From contig JBLDXI010000026.1 of assembly GCA_047495785.1 (NCBI GenBank), forward strand, positions 744,001-808,000: a DNA stretch of 64,000 nucleotides. Reading direction: 5' to 3'. Both the position numbers and the translations under genes were made by a program. Of the stretch, positions 62,193 to 64,000 are shown in pieces; within the stretch, counting starts at the first letter, position 1, and every line of letters starts with the position of its first letter. The notes under the pieces were generated by a model that saw nothing but the letters and a program-made list of their open reading frames with translations, did no database searches and had not been told where the DNA came from. This stretch comes from Lepidodermella squamata. Lineage: Eukaryota > Animalia > Gastrotricha.

Positions 62193-62591
62193 ATGAAAAT
62201 TCATACGATTTGTTTGCTTTTCTTGATCGCCTCGTCAACACTTTGCGAGCCGTCGCATCAAATCGAGTAAGTTTTTTCTGTAAACAAACCTATACATGAT
62301 AATTTTTTATAATTTTTCAGGAAAAGGAGGTATATAACGCAAGTTGTGATGTATCCTTGGTGGCGCAATCGGGCGAAATTCACAAAATTTCTGGAAAATT
62401 CTAACAATTCGACTATCACTACTAATGGTACTATCAACGATCAGCCGATCGCAGTTTTTCAAGATCCTAAGCCAGTTCCGGGAGCTATCATTGGCAGGAA
62501 CAGGCTTCTGAGTAATGACATCGTCAAATTAAAGATTCAGCACAAATTGAAATTAGACAGGCAGCAGGACATTTTAAACCGAAAACTTTGA
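62193..62591 (+). CDS. Family-B secreted prepropeptide, copy 2
   Basis: MKIHTICLLFLIASSTLC-EPSHQIE|KR-RYITQVVMYPWWRNRAKF...ILNRKL*. Confidence 0.82.
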
Positions 62592-63682
62592 TTTCAATAA
62601 AGCTATTCGCTATATTAGAAATAAAGCTCAACCGGTTGAATGTTCATTTTCCAGAGAACGCCTCAATTCAGCTGAGATAGAGTCAACTGAAAGTGTTGAT
62701 TTTTAGCCGAATCTGAAGCGTGCCCCATGACCCATGAGTTGCGCAACCTTTTTACATCACAGATTTTAGTCGGATGAAGGTTTGAAACCTGATTGATAGG
62801 CGCAAAATTGTTTTTTTCTCTCACGATTACACTTTTCAACAGATGCATTCGTTCCCAAACCTTCTGACTTGTATGACACAGTAGTGTCCTATTATAATCA
62901 TGCCGCGTAAGACACCGTACTAAAATTCAGTTGGGGATGTTGAGCAAAAATTAGATGCTTCCAATTAAGAGTGATCTATAGCTCGACTATGGTCCAAAAA
63001 TGCCTTGTATCTTAATATTCTGGATCTCTATTAGTCTGGAGTCTGAATCCTGTCATCTGATTCCCATAGGACACAAGTTGAAATTTCACATAGTACGCGC
63101 TGTTCTGAAAATATGAGCTAATTAAAAAATTATGGATTTTCCAGTCCTCCGATTTTTTTTCGAGTCGCAAAAGTGTCTGCCACTGGAAAAAAAATAAAAA
63201 AAATGTACGTGAATTTGAAAATAATCATGCTTTCTTCTATTTTTCGCTTAGCAGTGGTTTTGCTTTGTTGTTGGATGAGGTAGGATGAGATAGGAGATAG
63301 TTAATTAATGCGCGGTAAAAAAATTTTAATCCTTAAAGCCTAAAAAGTCTTCGACGCTGTTCTAGGGGAAATGTCTTTTTTATTCCTCAAAATTTTTCAA
63401 CGGTTTTAATAAGTTGTGTATACCTCTGAGCGTGGTCCGGCGAGTGGGGAAAAATCGGGGGATTTTCTCCGTCCGCACTTTTCGCCATTCATTTTTCTAA
63501 AATTTAGTCTTCATCCATCTTCCGCGATTTCACCTAATACCGAGTATATTTAAAATTTACCGGATTATTACCCATGTGGTAACTGGTTCGGTAATTTTTG
63601 ATATTATCCCCTTTTAACCCAAATTTTTTCATATATTTCATTCTTTCACTTTGCATCTACATGATTATCATTTTCATGGTAT

Positions 63683-63958
63683 TCAACATGTTACCGCGGC
63701 GATCAAATTTTGCCACTCATCCCGTTTCTTTTTTCGCTTATAACTTTGCGTAGGATCGACGCATTGTTTCTTGAAATAAACTCGATTATTGATTTTGCTC
63801 AAGTAAAAGTTATTTTTCAAAAGTGCCGGATTTGGCTTGATGAAAGTACCTATTAGCCTTTGGGCCATGTGACGTAGATCTGCGTAAAGTTTCCCAAAGG
63901 TGACTCGAGAAACTCGAAAAATCCTGATATTAGTGCCAAAAAGTAATGCTTTTGACGC
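63683..63958 (-). CDS. Possible terminal exon of a gene starting beyond the window
   Basis: Acceptor-like TTAACGTAG followed by a ~90-codon open frame ending KRKKKRDEWQNLIAAVTC*. An alternative phase-2 frame ends ...VTWPKG*. Confidence 0.3.
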   Translation of the reverse strand, partial: ASKALLFGTNIRIFRVSRVTFGKLYADLRHMAQRLIGTFIKPNPALLKNNFYLSKINNRVYFKKQCVDPTQSYKRKKKRDEWQNLIAAVTC

Positions 63959-64000
63959 CTACGTTAATACGTACTAGTAAATAATTGCATAATTTAAATG

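Noticed and set aside
63203-63279. Signal-peptide-like exon MLSSIFRLAVVLLCCWMR with a phase-2 donor
   Set aside because: Fits the cluster pattern, but no convincing second exon was found inside the window, so it was left uncalled.

Overview
Gene-dense, AT-rich eukaryotic DNA from an animal with compact GT-AG introns, many about 45-60 nt. The species cannot be named from sequence alone. Most entries in the ORF track are single exons, so the gene models below were spliced by hand. Contents: (1) five dispersed paralogs of a highly divergent nuclear-receptor family (819-4015, 11867-13176, 21688-25440, 41151-43619, 55177-56508) with atypical P-boxes C[EQR]AC[QRE]KFF; (2) two tandem CNGA-type cyclic-nucleotide-gated channels with altered pore filters; (3) a MADF/BESS-like gene, two C-type-lectin genes (one with a repeated 4-Cys module), a rhodopsin-class peptide-GPCR-like gene, and a GABA-B-like class C GPCR with one in-frame TAA at the ectodomain/7TM boundary; (4) a 5'-truncated RTE-like LINE inside a nuclear-receptor intron, plus many MITEs and foldback elements. 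The main find is a ~36-kb field (26.9-62.6 kb) of about 18 tiny secreted prepropeptide-like genes, largely invisible in the ORF track. Nearly all share one layout: signal peptide plus propeptide exon, a phase-2 intron, then a dibasic site and mature peptide, several with Gly or GKR amidation signals. It looks like a rapidly evolving lineage-specific peptide arsenal (neuropeptide, pheromone, antimicrobial or toxin), interleaved with orphan receptors.
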